This document shows, one piece after another, positions 41,524-50,807 of a DNA stretch of 64,000 bases (position 1 is the first letter of the stretch; each line of letters starts with the position of its first letter). The translations under genes and the position numbers were made by a program. The stretch is from Geopsychrobacteraceae bacterium (lineage in GTDB: Bacteria > Desulfobacterota > Desulfuromonadia > Desulfuromonadales > Geopsychrobacteraceae): assembly GCA_963676795.2 (NCBI GenBank), contig CAXXTB010000001.1, forward strand, positions 992,001 through 1,056,000, written 5' to 3'. The notes under the pieces are model-generated. The model was not told the DNA's origin. It ran no database searches and was given only the letters and a program-made list of their open reading frames with translations.

Positions 41524-42570
41524 TTATACACTGTTCATAACGGTGTACTGTATTCCTACATAAATAAGATAGATTGCCAGCAGAATCCCCCCCTGCCAGC
41601 GATAGAAGCGGCCATGTCGATTGAAGGCGATAAAGAGCCGCATAGTATAAAGGATGATAAGCATTGTCGGAAAATGGAAATAAAAGAAATTACTTGGTAT
41701 TGCTAAGGATCTCGCTGTTGCGGCAGCACCGATGACAAATAGACAGTTCAGAATGTCGGCTCCGATGATATTCCCCACGACAATATCTGGATGTCCTTTG
41801 CGAATGGCCGTAATGGCTGTCATCAGTTCAGGGAGTGAGGTTCCGAAAGCGACCAGGGTTGCAGCTATGATATCCTCTGCGATACCGAAGCGAATGGCGA
41901 CTTCTGAGGCCGCCGGGATCAGCGTCCTTGCTCCGACAATGACCATAATGAGTCCGCCGATCAACATCAACCAGCACATCCACAGGCTGCTCAGTTCCTC
42001 TCTTTCAATTGCGGCATTATCATCTTCGTAGACCGGTTGTCTTTGCTTGGCAAAACGATAGGTAAAATACATGTAGCAGGCAAGCAGGATGAGAAAAAAT
42101 ACTCCCACGAAGCGTGGGATATATGGCGTTCCCACATAAACTGACTTGGAGACAAAAGAGATAATAACCAGCAGGGTTGCCGAGCCGACAAGGACCCAGC
42201 CTATTCGATTTAAAATAAACCGGTTTATTGCAACAGGGGCGAGTAGGCAGGTGAGTCCAAAAATTAACCCGCTGTCCGCAATGATAGATCCCACACCATT
42301 ACCCAAAGCCAGGCCAGGATTACCCATAAAAGCGGCAAGAACAGAGACGAAGGCTTCAGGCATCGTCGTTCCGAGAGAAACGATTGTCGCTCCAATGACG
42401 ACGCTTGGAATCTTGGTGCGTTGCGCCAATTGGACAACGCCATCGATCATCCAGTCGGCACCTTTGGAGAGGATCCCGATAGCAACCACGATAACGACCA
42501 GCAGGGCAAGCATCGGGAGCCCGGCCATAGCTTGTTGTAATGCAGTTTCATCTACAAAAAAGCGGATCAT
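41524..42570 (-). CDS. Calcium/sodium antiporter (CaCA, YrbG-like)
   Basis: Alpha repeats GTTMPE...GNGVGS and GTSLPE...GNIIGADILN. Confidence 0.9.
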   Translation of the reverse strand: MIRFFVDETALQQAMAGLPMLALLVVIVVAIGILSKGADWMIDGVVQLAQRTKIPSVVIGATIVSLGTTMPEAFVSVLAAFMGNPGLALGNGVGSIIADSGLIFGLTCLLAPVAINRFILNRIGWVLVGSATLLVIISFVSKSVYVGTPYIPRFVGVFFLILLACYMYFTYRFAKQRQPVYEDDNAAIEREELSSLWMCWLMLIGGLIMVIVGARTLIPAASEVAIRFGIAEDIIAATLVAFGTSLPELMTAITAIRKGHPDIVVGNIIGADILNCLFVIGAAATARSLAIPSNFFYFHFPTMLIILYTMRLFIAFNRHGRFYRWQGGILLAIYLIYVGIQYTVMNSV

Positions 42571-42947
42571 ATTCTTCCTTGCCTTAGGCTACATAGCTGG
42601 TTAGTTAAGGTAGCATCATCCGTGATTCTGCTGGTCAATTGATCCTGCGTGGCTAGAGATTAGTCGGGCAACAAGATTAGTTGGCGGCTGTTTTGTGCCC
42701 TGTTTTCCTGCATGGACGGCAGTCTTTGGTTTTTCTGGTACTAGCAAAGCGTGCAATTGAACTTGAAAATGTTGGTCGGCAGACTGTCCCATTTAAATTC
42801 GAAAAGACGCTTTCAATTGGTGGTTCCTTTTCCAAGGGGCAGTGTTTTTACCAGGAAAGTAATCCGGCAAAAACACTGATAACCCCTGACTAGCAAAGAG
42901 CCATAAGTTGTGATGTGGCAGAATGTTTTTGTCCACTCGACAGGCTC

Positions 42948-43002
42948 TGTATATCATCGTCCAGTATTTCGATCTATTTACTAAATCCTTATAGGCGTTG
43001 CA
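42948..43002 (-). promoter_or_regulatory. Shared 55-bp promoter motif, copy 1 (toward antiporter-selC)
   Basis: TGCAACGCCTATAAGGATTTAGTAAAT-N19-TGATATACA on the minus strand. Confidence 0.7.
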
Positions 43003-43246
43003 AAAAAGTGAACGCTTTGCATGCTGAGTTCTTCTTGGTTTTATCTGGAAATTTGAAAAAAGTATTGGACGGTTGGTCTTTGAGCGGATGCATGCGCAGC
43101 GGGTTCGTTTGTCGAACAGCATCCGGAAAGAGTTGTCAGATCTTCTCCAGATGCTGTTGTCGGCGAACTGCACAGATAAGGGTGTTTAACGTTGGGACTG
43201 ATATTTCTGGTTTGTCTTGGTTGGGCTACCTTTTAGTGAAAAAATA

Positions 43247-43413
43247 GGAATCCCCCCGGCTTTGCCGGGGGACTCTAAAAGTTCTACTTTTGCGGGAGTA
43301 TGGATTCATACCTCGCTTATGTTTCTAAGTTTTTGACCTTGCGATTGCGTTAAAGCCCCTTTGAGGGACTAGCAATCGCCTAAAGCCCCCAGTTTGACTG
43401 GGGGATATTTACT
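43247..43413. mobile_element. Non-autonomous IS200/IS605-like remnant (two subterminal hairpins, no tnpA)
   Basis: Left CCCCCGGC-TTT-GCCGGGGG hairpin; right CCCCTTTGAGGG...AAAGCCCCCAGT-TTG-ACTGGGGGATATTTACT. Confidence 0.6.
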
Positions 43414-44410
43414 TTAGCGCTTGAACTGCGGTAATGGCCGTTACGTTGACAATATCCTCAACAGAGCAGCCTCGAGATAGATCGTTAACTGGTTTCGCCA
43501 GCCCCTGGATGATTGGTCCGAGGGCTTCGGCTTTGGCAAACCGCTCAACAAGCTTATAGCCAATGTTGGCGGCATCGAGATCCGGGAAGATCAATGTGTT
43601 GGCTTGACCGGCAACGCTGGAACCGGGAGCTTTTTTGTCTGCGATCGAGGGAATCAGGGCGGCATCTGCCTGCAGTTCGCCGTCAATCGAGAGCTCTGGT
43701 GACATTTCTCTGGCAATTTTCAGTGCCTCAACGACTTTGTCGACGTCTGGATGACTGGCACTGCCCTTGGTCGAGAAATTAAGCATCGCGACACGGGCAT
43801 CGACCCCGAGGAAGCTTTTACAGCTGCTGGCTGTTGTGACGGCAATTTCTGCAAGTGCTGTTGCGTCAGGATTGGGATTAACGGCACAGTCTGCAAAGCA
43901 CAGTGTTCCATTTTCACCAAACTCGGGAGTCTTGGTGATCATAAGGAACAGCGAGGATACTGTTTTGATGTTAGGAGCAGTGCCAATGACCTGGAGGGCT
44001 GCACGCAGCACTGCGCCGGTTGTATTGTAGGCACCGGCTACTGCACCTCCTGCGTCACCTTTTCGGACCATCATGCAGCCGAAGAAGAGGTTGTCTTCGG
44101 CGGTTAGCATCGCCACGGCTTGTTCGCGAGTCAGTCCCTTTTTCTTCCGAAGGGCGACCAATTCATCAATATATGAGGGCAGCAAATCAGAGGCCTTCGG
44201 ATCGATGAGAATCACCCCGCAAAGAGAAACATTAAGCTCGCTGGCTTTGCTCAGCAGCGTCTCCGGCTCTCCAAGTAAAATGACATTGGCCAGTTTGTCT
44301 GCAACAATCTTTTCGGCGGCCTGGATCATGCGGTTGTCGTAGCCTTCCGGAAGAACGACGGTCCGCAGCTCGCTCCGAGCTTTGGATTTGATCTGATCGA
44401 TGAGATGCAT
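43409..44410 (-). CDS. pta: Phosphate acetyltransferase
   Basis: [51 protein letters not shown] motifs. Confidence 0.95.
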   Translation of the reverse strand: MHLIDQIKSKARSELRTVVLPEGYDNRMIQAAEKIVADKLANVILLGEPETLLSKASELNVSLCGVILIDPKASDLLPSYIDELVALRKKKGLTREQAVAMLTAEDNLFFGCMMVRKGDAGGAVAGAYNTTGAVLRAALQVIGTAPNIKTVSSLFLMITKTPEFGENGTLCFADCAVNPNPDATALAEIAVTTASSCKSFLGVDARVAMLNFSTKGSASHPDVDKVVEALKIAREMSPELSIDGELQADAALIPSIADKKAPGSSVAGQANTLIFPDLDAANIGYKLVERFAKAEALGPIIQGLAKPVNDLSRGCSVEDIVNVTAITAVQALK

Positions 44411-44649
44411 TCTTTCCTCCTGTTGATATTTGATGCTGATCATTCGCATCTAGTCAAAATAGCAAGGCAAATTCCCGGCTATTCATTGAGACATATTGAT
44501 GGCCTTGGCGAGTCGAAGATCGTCTTGGATAGCCATTGGGCTAAAATCAGGTGGAATCGCTAGGTTGCTTTCTCGCAGATTGTGAGTTTCTGCCTTATAG
44601 TTTTGCCCTATGTTTAGATCTGTCAAGAAGAAAAAACTGTTAGAAAATG

Positions 44650-44704
44650 TGTAACACCTATGAGGAATTAGTAAATGGCGTGTTGCTTGAAAGAGTGCTA
44701 TAGG
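44650..44704 (+). promoter_or_regulatory. Shared 55-bp promoter motif, copy 2 (toward thiolase operon)
   Basis: TGTAACACCTATGAGGAATTAGTAAAT-N19-TGCTATAGG. Confidence 0.7.
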
Positions 44705-45016
44705 GATTTTATTCCATGCACTGGAATGGCTGCTGTTGATAGTGCTTCTGTTGCTGTTACTGATAAAAATTTACTTTTCTTGAAGGTCTTTAATTGTTTC
44801 TTTGTGGTTTTAACCCTCTAGTGAAAGGCAGGTCGAGACTATCATCAGGCAAAACTTCAATGTCTATGGTGATAACTTGTTTATCGCAAAAGCTTTTTAT
44901 ATGCGTTACTGGTTTTGATGTTGAGAAGTTAGAGCTAGATAATTTTAGTATGGTTCACTCTGGAATTTGCAACTAATCAGTGTTTACAAAACGATGGAAC
45001 GTTGATAGGAGTGCAT

Positions 45017-46222
45017 ATGAATGAAGTTGTCATTGTCGAAGCCTGCCGTACTGCGGTTGGAACATTCGGCGGAACACTCAAACCTCTTCAGGCTGAAGAT
45101 CTTGCCCAGGCTGTGATGAAAGGGGCCATTGAGCGCAGTGGCATAGATCCGAAGCTGATCGATGAAGTGATCATGGGGCAGTGTCGTCAGACTTCTGATT
45201 GTTCCAATATTGCCCGTGTTGCTGCCCTGCGCGCCGGGATTCCGGAAGAAACTCCTGCTAATACCGTGATGTGCGCCTGTGCCTCCGGGATGCTGGCTGC
45301 CAGCAACGCGGCTAATGCCATCATGGTGGGGCAGTACGATATTGCTCTTGCCGGCGGAACCGAGCACATGACCAACGGGATCTTCTATCTGAGCAATGCC
45401 CGCTGGGGCGTTGGCACCGGGACTACCGAGATGAAAGACAGTTTGACCGAGGCCCAGTTCACCTCCCAGCCGCAAGAAATCTATGGGCGCTTCAATATGG
45501 GGATGACAGCCGAGAATGTTGCCGACATGATGAATATCTCCCGTGAGGATCAGGATGCTTTCGCCCAGATCTCTCAGGAGCGTGCCGCCAGGGCGATTGC
45601 CGCGGGACGTTTCAAGGATGAGATCATTCCGTTGAGTGTTCCTCAGGGGCGCAAGAAAGATCCGATCATCTTTGATACGGACGAGTTCCCGCGTCTCTCG
45701 AGTCTTGAGGCTCTGGCCAAGCTAAAGCCTGCCTTTAAGAAGGATGGCGGAACCGTCACTGCTGGTAATGCGTCTGGGCGCAATGATGGGGCTTCCATTC
45801 TGCTGCTGATGAGGGCAGATAAGGCCGCCCGGCTTGGTATGGAACCTTTGGCCAAGCTTCGTGGTATCGCCTCTGCAGGTGTTGACCCTCGCTATATGGG
45901 GATGGGGCCGGTTCCCGCGACCCGCAAGGTTCTCAAGATGACGGGTTTGACCCTTGAGGATATCGAACTGATCGAACTCAATGAGGCCTTTGCCGCCCAA
46001 TCGTTAGGTTGTATCCGCGAGCTTGGCATTGAGGATAGAATGGACATTATCAACGTCAACGGCGGCGCTATCGCTCTTGGTCATCCAATCGGATCGTCCG
46101 GTAGTCGGATCATGGTCTCGCTGATCCACGAGATGCGCAAGCGCAATAACAGCATGGGCCTTGCTACCCTATGTATCGCTGGTGGCATGGGAATGGCCGC
46201 GGTTCTTGAATTGATCTGCTGA
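45017..46222 (+). CDS. Acetyl-CoA C-acyltransferase (thiolase)
   Basis: [35 protein letters not shown] motifs. Confidence 0.95.
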   Translation: MNEVVIVEACRTAVGTFGGTLKPLQAEDLAQAVMKGAIERSGIDPKLIDEVIMGQCRQTSDCSNIARVAALRAGIPEETPANTVMCACASGMLAASNAANAIMVGQYDIALAGGTEHMTNGIFYLSNARWGVGTGTTEMKDSLTEAQFTSQPQEIYGRFNMGMTAENVADMMNISREDQDAFAQISQERAARAIAAGRFKDEIIPLSVPQGRKKDPIIFDTDEFPRLSSLEALAKLKPAFKKDGGTVTAGNASGRNDGASILLLMRADKAARLGMEPLAKLRGIASAGVDPRYMGMGPVPATRKVLKMTGLTLEDIELIELNEAFAAQSLGCIRELGIEDRMDIINVNGGAIALGHPIGSSGSRIMVSLIHEMRKRNNSMGLATLCIAGGMGMAAVLELIC

Positions 46223-46328
46223 GATTGAGGCTTCCTGTTACTATCCTCTGCCACACTTTTCTCACGATCTGTAGATTTAGAACCCAAGACCGTCTGTAGT
46301 GCATGAGAGGGTAGGAGTTTTTATCTGA

Positions 46329-47594
46329 ATGGATACTGGTCTGACCAAAATTTTTCTGGGTTTCGCTTGTCCCGCTGCGGCTGCAGGTCTGTCCAATATT
46401 TGTGTATCGGAAGATCCTGGAAAGCATTTCCTTTATGTCGGAAACCGGGTCGAAAAACCCTCTTCCTGGGAGGCCGGGGCCCCGGTTGGTAAGGGGGTTG
46501 GGATCTTCCAGTTCGATCCGAGCAACGGGAGTCTACAGTTTATCAAGTCTGTCTTTGAGACTATCAGTGTCGGAGAGATGTGTATCGATCCGGGACGTAA
46601 TATCCTTTACGCTGTTGATGAAGTGATGACCCTTCCAGGTTTTGTCAAAGGGGGCGGGGGGACTGTCTATGCTTTTTTAATCGATCCTGAGACCGGGGAT
46701 CTGACGGAAATTAATCGCCAGCCAAGCTTCGGTTCGTTGCCGAGTCATCTAGCCATCGATAAAGAGGGAAATTATCTGATAGTTACTCATCACACGGGGA
46801 ATGCACCAGTCACCAAGACGGTCAGGGATGAAGCTGGTAAATTTCGGCTTGTAACAGAATACGATGATGCAACTACGGTTCTTTTTCGATTGAATGGTGA
46901 TGGGTCGATAGCTGATCCCTGCGATGTTGTCATTCACTCTGGAGGTGGCCCGGATGCTGAACAAACTCATCCACGAGTCCATTCAGTTGTTCGTGCTCCG
47001 GGGATAAATCTGTTTGCTGTATGCGACAAGGGGAGTGATGCTTTTTTTATCTATCGTATCAATCGTGATGCAGGGAAACTCGAAGTTTGTGCCGATGGCC
47101 CTTTGAAAACTCCGCCTGGCAGTTTGCCACGAAGCAGCGCTTTTCATCCTATCCGTCCTTATCTTTATCTGAATTTTGAGGGACAACCGATCATTGCTGC
47201 GTATCGCTATGATAATGACGGAGCTCTCAGGCTGATCGATAAGTTGAAGGTTGTCGCAGATGACTTGCAACTTGGTCGAAAAGATATGCAATCCGATATC
47301 AAAGTTCATCCTTTCGGAAAATATCTTTACACCTTGATACGTGAAATTAATTCCGTTTCAGTTTTTAAGATAAAAGAACAAACCGGTGAGCTAAAGAGAA
47401 TCCAGACCCTTCAGGTTTCCAGTTTTCATCCACGCAGTTTGGAGTTTTCTCCTGACGGGAAATTTATGGTGATTGCGGCACCTAAAAGTGAAGAAGTTGT
47501 TGTCTGGGCCATTGACTCTGATGGGACAGTTTCACCGACCAACGTCAAAGCCTGTCAGCCGAGCCCTGGTAATGCAAAGTTTATTTCGTTGTAA
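46329..47594 (+). CDS. Lactonase, 7-bladed beta-propeller (6-phosphogluconolactonase/cycloisomerase 2 family)
   Basis: QTHPRVHSV, CDKGSD, GSLPRSSAFHP, HPRSLEFSPDGK motifs; start uncertain. Confidence 0.8.
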   Translation: MDTGLTKIFLGFACPAAAAGLSNICVSEDPGKHFLYVGNRVEKPSSWEAGAPVGKGVGIFQFDPSNGSLQFIKSVFETISVGEMCIDPGRNILYAVDEVMTLPGFVKGGGGTVYAFLIDPETGDLTEINRQPSFGSLPSHLAIDKEGNYLIVTHHTGNAPVTKTVRDEAGKFRLVTEYDDATTVLFRLNGDGSIADPCDVVIHSGGGPDAEQTHPRVHSVVRAPGINLFAVCDKGSDAFFIYRINRDAGKLEVCADGPLKTPPGSLPRSSAFHPIRPYLYLNFEGQPIIAAYRYDNDGALRLIDKLKVVADDLQLGRKDMQSDIKVHPFGKYLYTLIREINSVSVFKIKEQTGELKRIQTLQVSSFHPRSLEFSPDGKFMVIAAPKSEEVVVWAIDSDGTVSPTNVKACQPSPGNAKFISL

Positions 47595-47727
47595 ATGATT
47601 TTGCTGGCTGCTGGATTGAGTTCCGGTTCTCTGAAGAGACTGTTCGGAACCTTGTCCCCTGCCTTTCGTTCAATATTGCCTCCACCGATTTGATTTCTCC
47701 CATACTTCATTGGAGAAAGTTGGCTCA

Positions 47728-48972
47728 ATGATCCATAAAAATATTTTCTACGGGTGGTGGGTTCTTGCGGTGTGCATGGTGCTCAGTTTTTATGTCGCTG
47801 GAACCACCGCATATGGTTTTACGGCTCTGTTTGAGCCACTTATCGCATCATTTGGATGGAGCTATACGCAAATCTCTCTGGCGGCGAGCCTGCGTGGAAT
47901 GGAAATGGGGATTTTTGCGCCGATGGTTGGCTGGCTGGTCGATCGCTACGGCTCTAGGCGCTTGATTATTTTTGGTATTCCTATTATGAGCTGCGGTTTT
48001 TTCCTCATGGGGGCGACACAGAACCTCCTGATGTTCTATGTCGCGATGTTTATCATCTCCTTAGGCAAGGGGGCCTGCGCTTCTGTTGTTACAATGTCTG
48101 CCGTGGCAAACTGGTTTCATAAGAAAATCGGTTTTGCGCTAGGGATTCTCGCTTCAGGTTTCGGGCTTAGTGGTCTGGCTATCCCCCTGATCGTCTGGTT
48201 GATTGATGTCTATGGCTGGCGTGCGGCTCTCTACGTGCTGGGCTGTAGTACTCTCATTGTTGGGGTTCCGATAGTATTAATCGTCAGAAACAGGCCGGAG
48301 GATTGTGGCCTGAATCCCGATGGCGTCTCTTCTGTAGAGCAGAGTTCTTCAACGAAAAAAGCTGCTGGCAGAGGGGATGATAAGCATAAGAAAAAGGGAT
48401 TTTATCGAGAGGCCTTCCGCAACCCTTCTTTTGTCGTCCTGTGTGTCACAGAAACCGTCAGGATTTGTGTCATGTCTTCTGTGATGATCCATATCATGCC
48501 TTATCTGGCATCGCGTGGAATTGATCGGGTAACCGCCGGCTTGATTGCTGGAGCTATTCCTCTCGTGAGTGTTGTTGGACGTTTTTCTTTTGGCTGGTTG
48601 AGTGATTTGCTTGAGAAGCGTTGGCTTATGGCAGCAGTTCTTTGTTTGACCAGTGCCGGTTTGATAGCTCTGAATTTTATCAGTGATACCGGGATGCTGT
48701 TTGCCTTTTTGGTCTTGTTTCCGATTGGCACTGGCGGAGGAATGGTGCTGAGAGGGACCATTGTTCGTGAATATTTTGGGCGCAATAATTTTGGTAAAAC
48801 TATTGGGATGGTTATGGGAATTTCGGCCTGGGGAGGTGTCATCGGCCCCACATTGGCTGGGGTGATCTATGATTTGAGCAACAGCTATTCCAAGGTCTGG
48901 ATCAGCTACGCCTTGCTTATGGCACTCGCGATCCTGTTGGTTCGTTTTTTTCGCGCACCGTGCGGTTCCTAG
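47728..48972 (+). CDS. MFS transporter (monocarboxylate porter/OFA-like)
   Basis: FYGWWV start, GWLVDRYGSRR, ANWF..GFALG, REYFGR motifs. Confidence 0.85.
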   Translation: MIHKNIFYGWWVLAVCMVLSFYVAGTTAYGFTALFEPLIASFGWSYTQISLAASLRGMEMGIFAPMVGWLVDRYGSRRLIIFGIPIMSCGFFLMGATQNLLMFYVAMFIISLGKGACASVVTMSAVANWFHKKIGFALGILASGFGLSGLAIPLIVWLIDVYGWRAALYVLGCSTLIVGVPIVLIVRNRPEDCGLNPDGVSSVEQSSSTKKAAGRGDDKHKKKGFYREAFRNPSFVVLCVTETVRICVMSSVMIHIMPYLASRGIDRVTAGLIAGAIPLVSVVGRFSFGWLSDLLEKRWLMAAVLCLTSAGLIALNFISDTGMLFAFLVLFPIGTGGGMVLRGTIVREYFGRNNFGKTIGMVMGISAWGGVIGPTLAGVIYDLSNSYSKVWISYALLMALAILLVRFFRAPCGS

Positions 48973-49120
48973 CTCTGCTTCAACGGAGCGGTCTTTATTG
49001 ATCGCCATCTATTTTGTTCTCGTCCCGGAAAATTTATTCCTGTCTCCAACTTTTAAGTTCTCATCAGCGGCAGCGCGGTTATTTTCTCTACACAAACATT
49101 TAATTGGGCGTTCGATAAAA

Positions 49121-49175
49121 TGCAACACCTATAAGGATTTAGTGAATAGATTGGAATACTGACCGGTGTTATAAA
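49121..49175 (+). promoter_or_regulatory. Shared 55-bp promoter motif, copy 3 (toward TAXI/selenoprotein operon)
   Basis: TGCAACACCTATAAGGATTTAGTGAAT-N19-TGTTATAAA. Confidence 0.7.
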
Positions 49176-49695
49176 CACTCAAGCATCAGTTTTTTGGAGG
49201 GCCAGCGCGAATACAGGTCGATGATTCATTTTGAAATTGACCTTTTTGTTTCGAAACAGTTTTGTGTTCTTTGACAATGGATGTTTCGTTGACTTTGGTA
49301 GATTCTTCTACTTCTTTGAATGTTTATACTCTGTTACTAAACTCTGTTTACTTTTTTATTATCTCCTATATTTTTAAGCTTACCTCTCTGAACCTACCAA
49401 TTGGCCAGTTTTGACATCTTGTTGATTCTGGATAAACACCACTTTCCCCAACCGGCAAGTCAAGCCCTTAATTCAACGAAACGAGACATTGGATCTGTTG
49501 GTCCGATGCGTCCATTTTTTAAAGATGGATGAAGAATAGTAAAAGGTTTGTCGCATTGATTTTCTATGGCTTGGAATGCGGAAGAGGAGTTGAAAGGTAT
49601 AATGTTGATTTCGTAACGAGATAGGCGGAGCAGCTTAGAACAGTGAGGTTTTGGGCTGTAGTTGGCAATTAACATTAAACAAGGGAGAAAGAGGT

Positions 49696-50712
49696 ATGCA
49701 GAAACTGAACGTGTTGAGGTTGTCTGGTTTTCGAGTCCTGTGTATGGCTACGGCTGTTTTGTCTCTGGGAATGATGTTGGATGCCGGCCAGGCATTGGCT
49801 GTCAAATTGAAAATGGGGACTGTCTGGCAGACATCAGGGTCTTATCCTGGGTATGTAGCCGTAAGGGATGCGATCGTCAAGGGGAACCCTGATTTTCAGG
49901 TTGCTGTCGTCGAATCTGGCGGGGCTGTCATGACTGAAGAGGCGACTGCCAAAGGTCAGGTTGATTTCGGCAATTCGGATGCTCCTGATCTGTACATGAA
50001 GTACAACGGAATTGAAAAATACCAAGGCCAGAAGCCTGCAAAAAATCTTCGGATACTCTGGGTTAATCAGCATCGTCCAAACACCATCTTTGTCCTTGAG
50101 AAGAGCGGCATTAAATCCATTGAGGAGTTGGATGGCCAATCTTATGGTGTTCTGATCGGTTCAATCGTTGGTGATACTTTCCGTTATATCATGGATCTGA
50201 ATGGCATCAAGCCGAAGTATTTTCCGGGCGAACCTGGTGCCTTGTCTGACGCCGTTGAAAATAACAAGATTTGGGGCTATTGCAAATCCGGTGATAAAGA
50301 ATCTTCAATTACCCGGATTGCGTTGAGTGAGCCTATTACGCTTCTGCCATTAAGCGATGAGGTTCTTGAAAAAGTTCGCAAGGCAAATCCTGCATACCGT
50401 AAATCAATCATTAAAGCTGGCAGCTACCCCGGACAGACCGAGGATGTTCAGACCTGGACCTCGGCCTCCTATATTTCGGGTCGCGACGATATTCCCGAAG
50501 ATGTTGTCTATAAAATGATCAAGGCTGTACATGAGAACGCAAAAGACATTCGTAAGGCTGCCGGAGCAAACTACTTCCAGCTTGTGGAACAATTGACACA
50601 GGCGACCGTTGACTATGCTTCAATTCCTCTGCATCCGGGGAGTATCAAGTACCTGAGGGAGCAGGGCGTTGATATTCCAGATGAGCTGATTCCGCCAGAA
50701 ATGAAGATGTAA
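49696..50712 (+). CDS. TAXI-family TRAP transporter solute-binding protein
   Basis: Signal peptide; ESGGAV, SGIKSIEELDG, IKAGSYPGQ, IPLHPGSIKYLRE motifs. Confidence 0.88.
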   Translation: MQKLNVLRLSGFRVLCMATAVLSLGMMLDAGQALAVKLKMGTVWQTSGSYPGYVAVRDAIVKGNPDFQVAVVESGGAVMTEEATAKGQVDFGNSDAPDLYMKYNGIEKYQGQKPAKNLRILWVNQHRPNTIFVLEKSGIKSIEELDGQSYGVLIGSIVGDTFRYIMDLNGIKPKYFPGEPGALSDAVENNKIWGYCKSGDKESSITRIALSEPITLLPLSDEVLEKVRKANPAYRKSIIKAGSYPGQTEDVQTWTSASYISGRDDIPEDVVYKMIKAVHENAKDIRKAAGANYFQLVEQLTQATVDYASIPLHPGSIKYLREQGVDIPDELIPPEMKM

Positions 50713-50807
50713 GCGATTAGATGCAGTTTTTTTCTGTGGCTGGTCTCAGCTGCGAATAAGCCTGTGGCCAGCCACATTGTAGTCGAATGCACGGAAAGGG
50801 AGATGTC

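Noticed and set aside
44676..44691. sigma54 promoter candidates (TGGCGT-N5-TTGA here; TGGCAC-N5-TTCC near 31831)
   Set aside because: Both lack the invariant -12 GC; the first is better explained by the shared 55-bp sigma70-type motif
46214..46228. Thiolase ending TGC-TGA as a possible C-terminal Cys-Sec
   Set aside because: The thiolase fold ends here, a second TGA follows two codons later, and there is no hairpin at +11 nt
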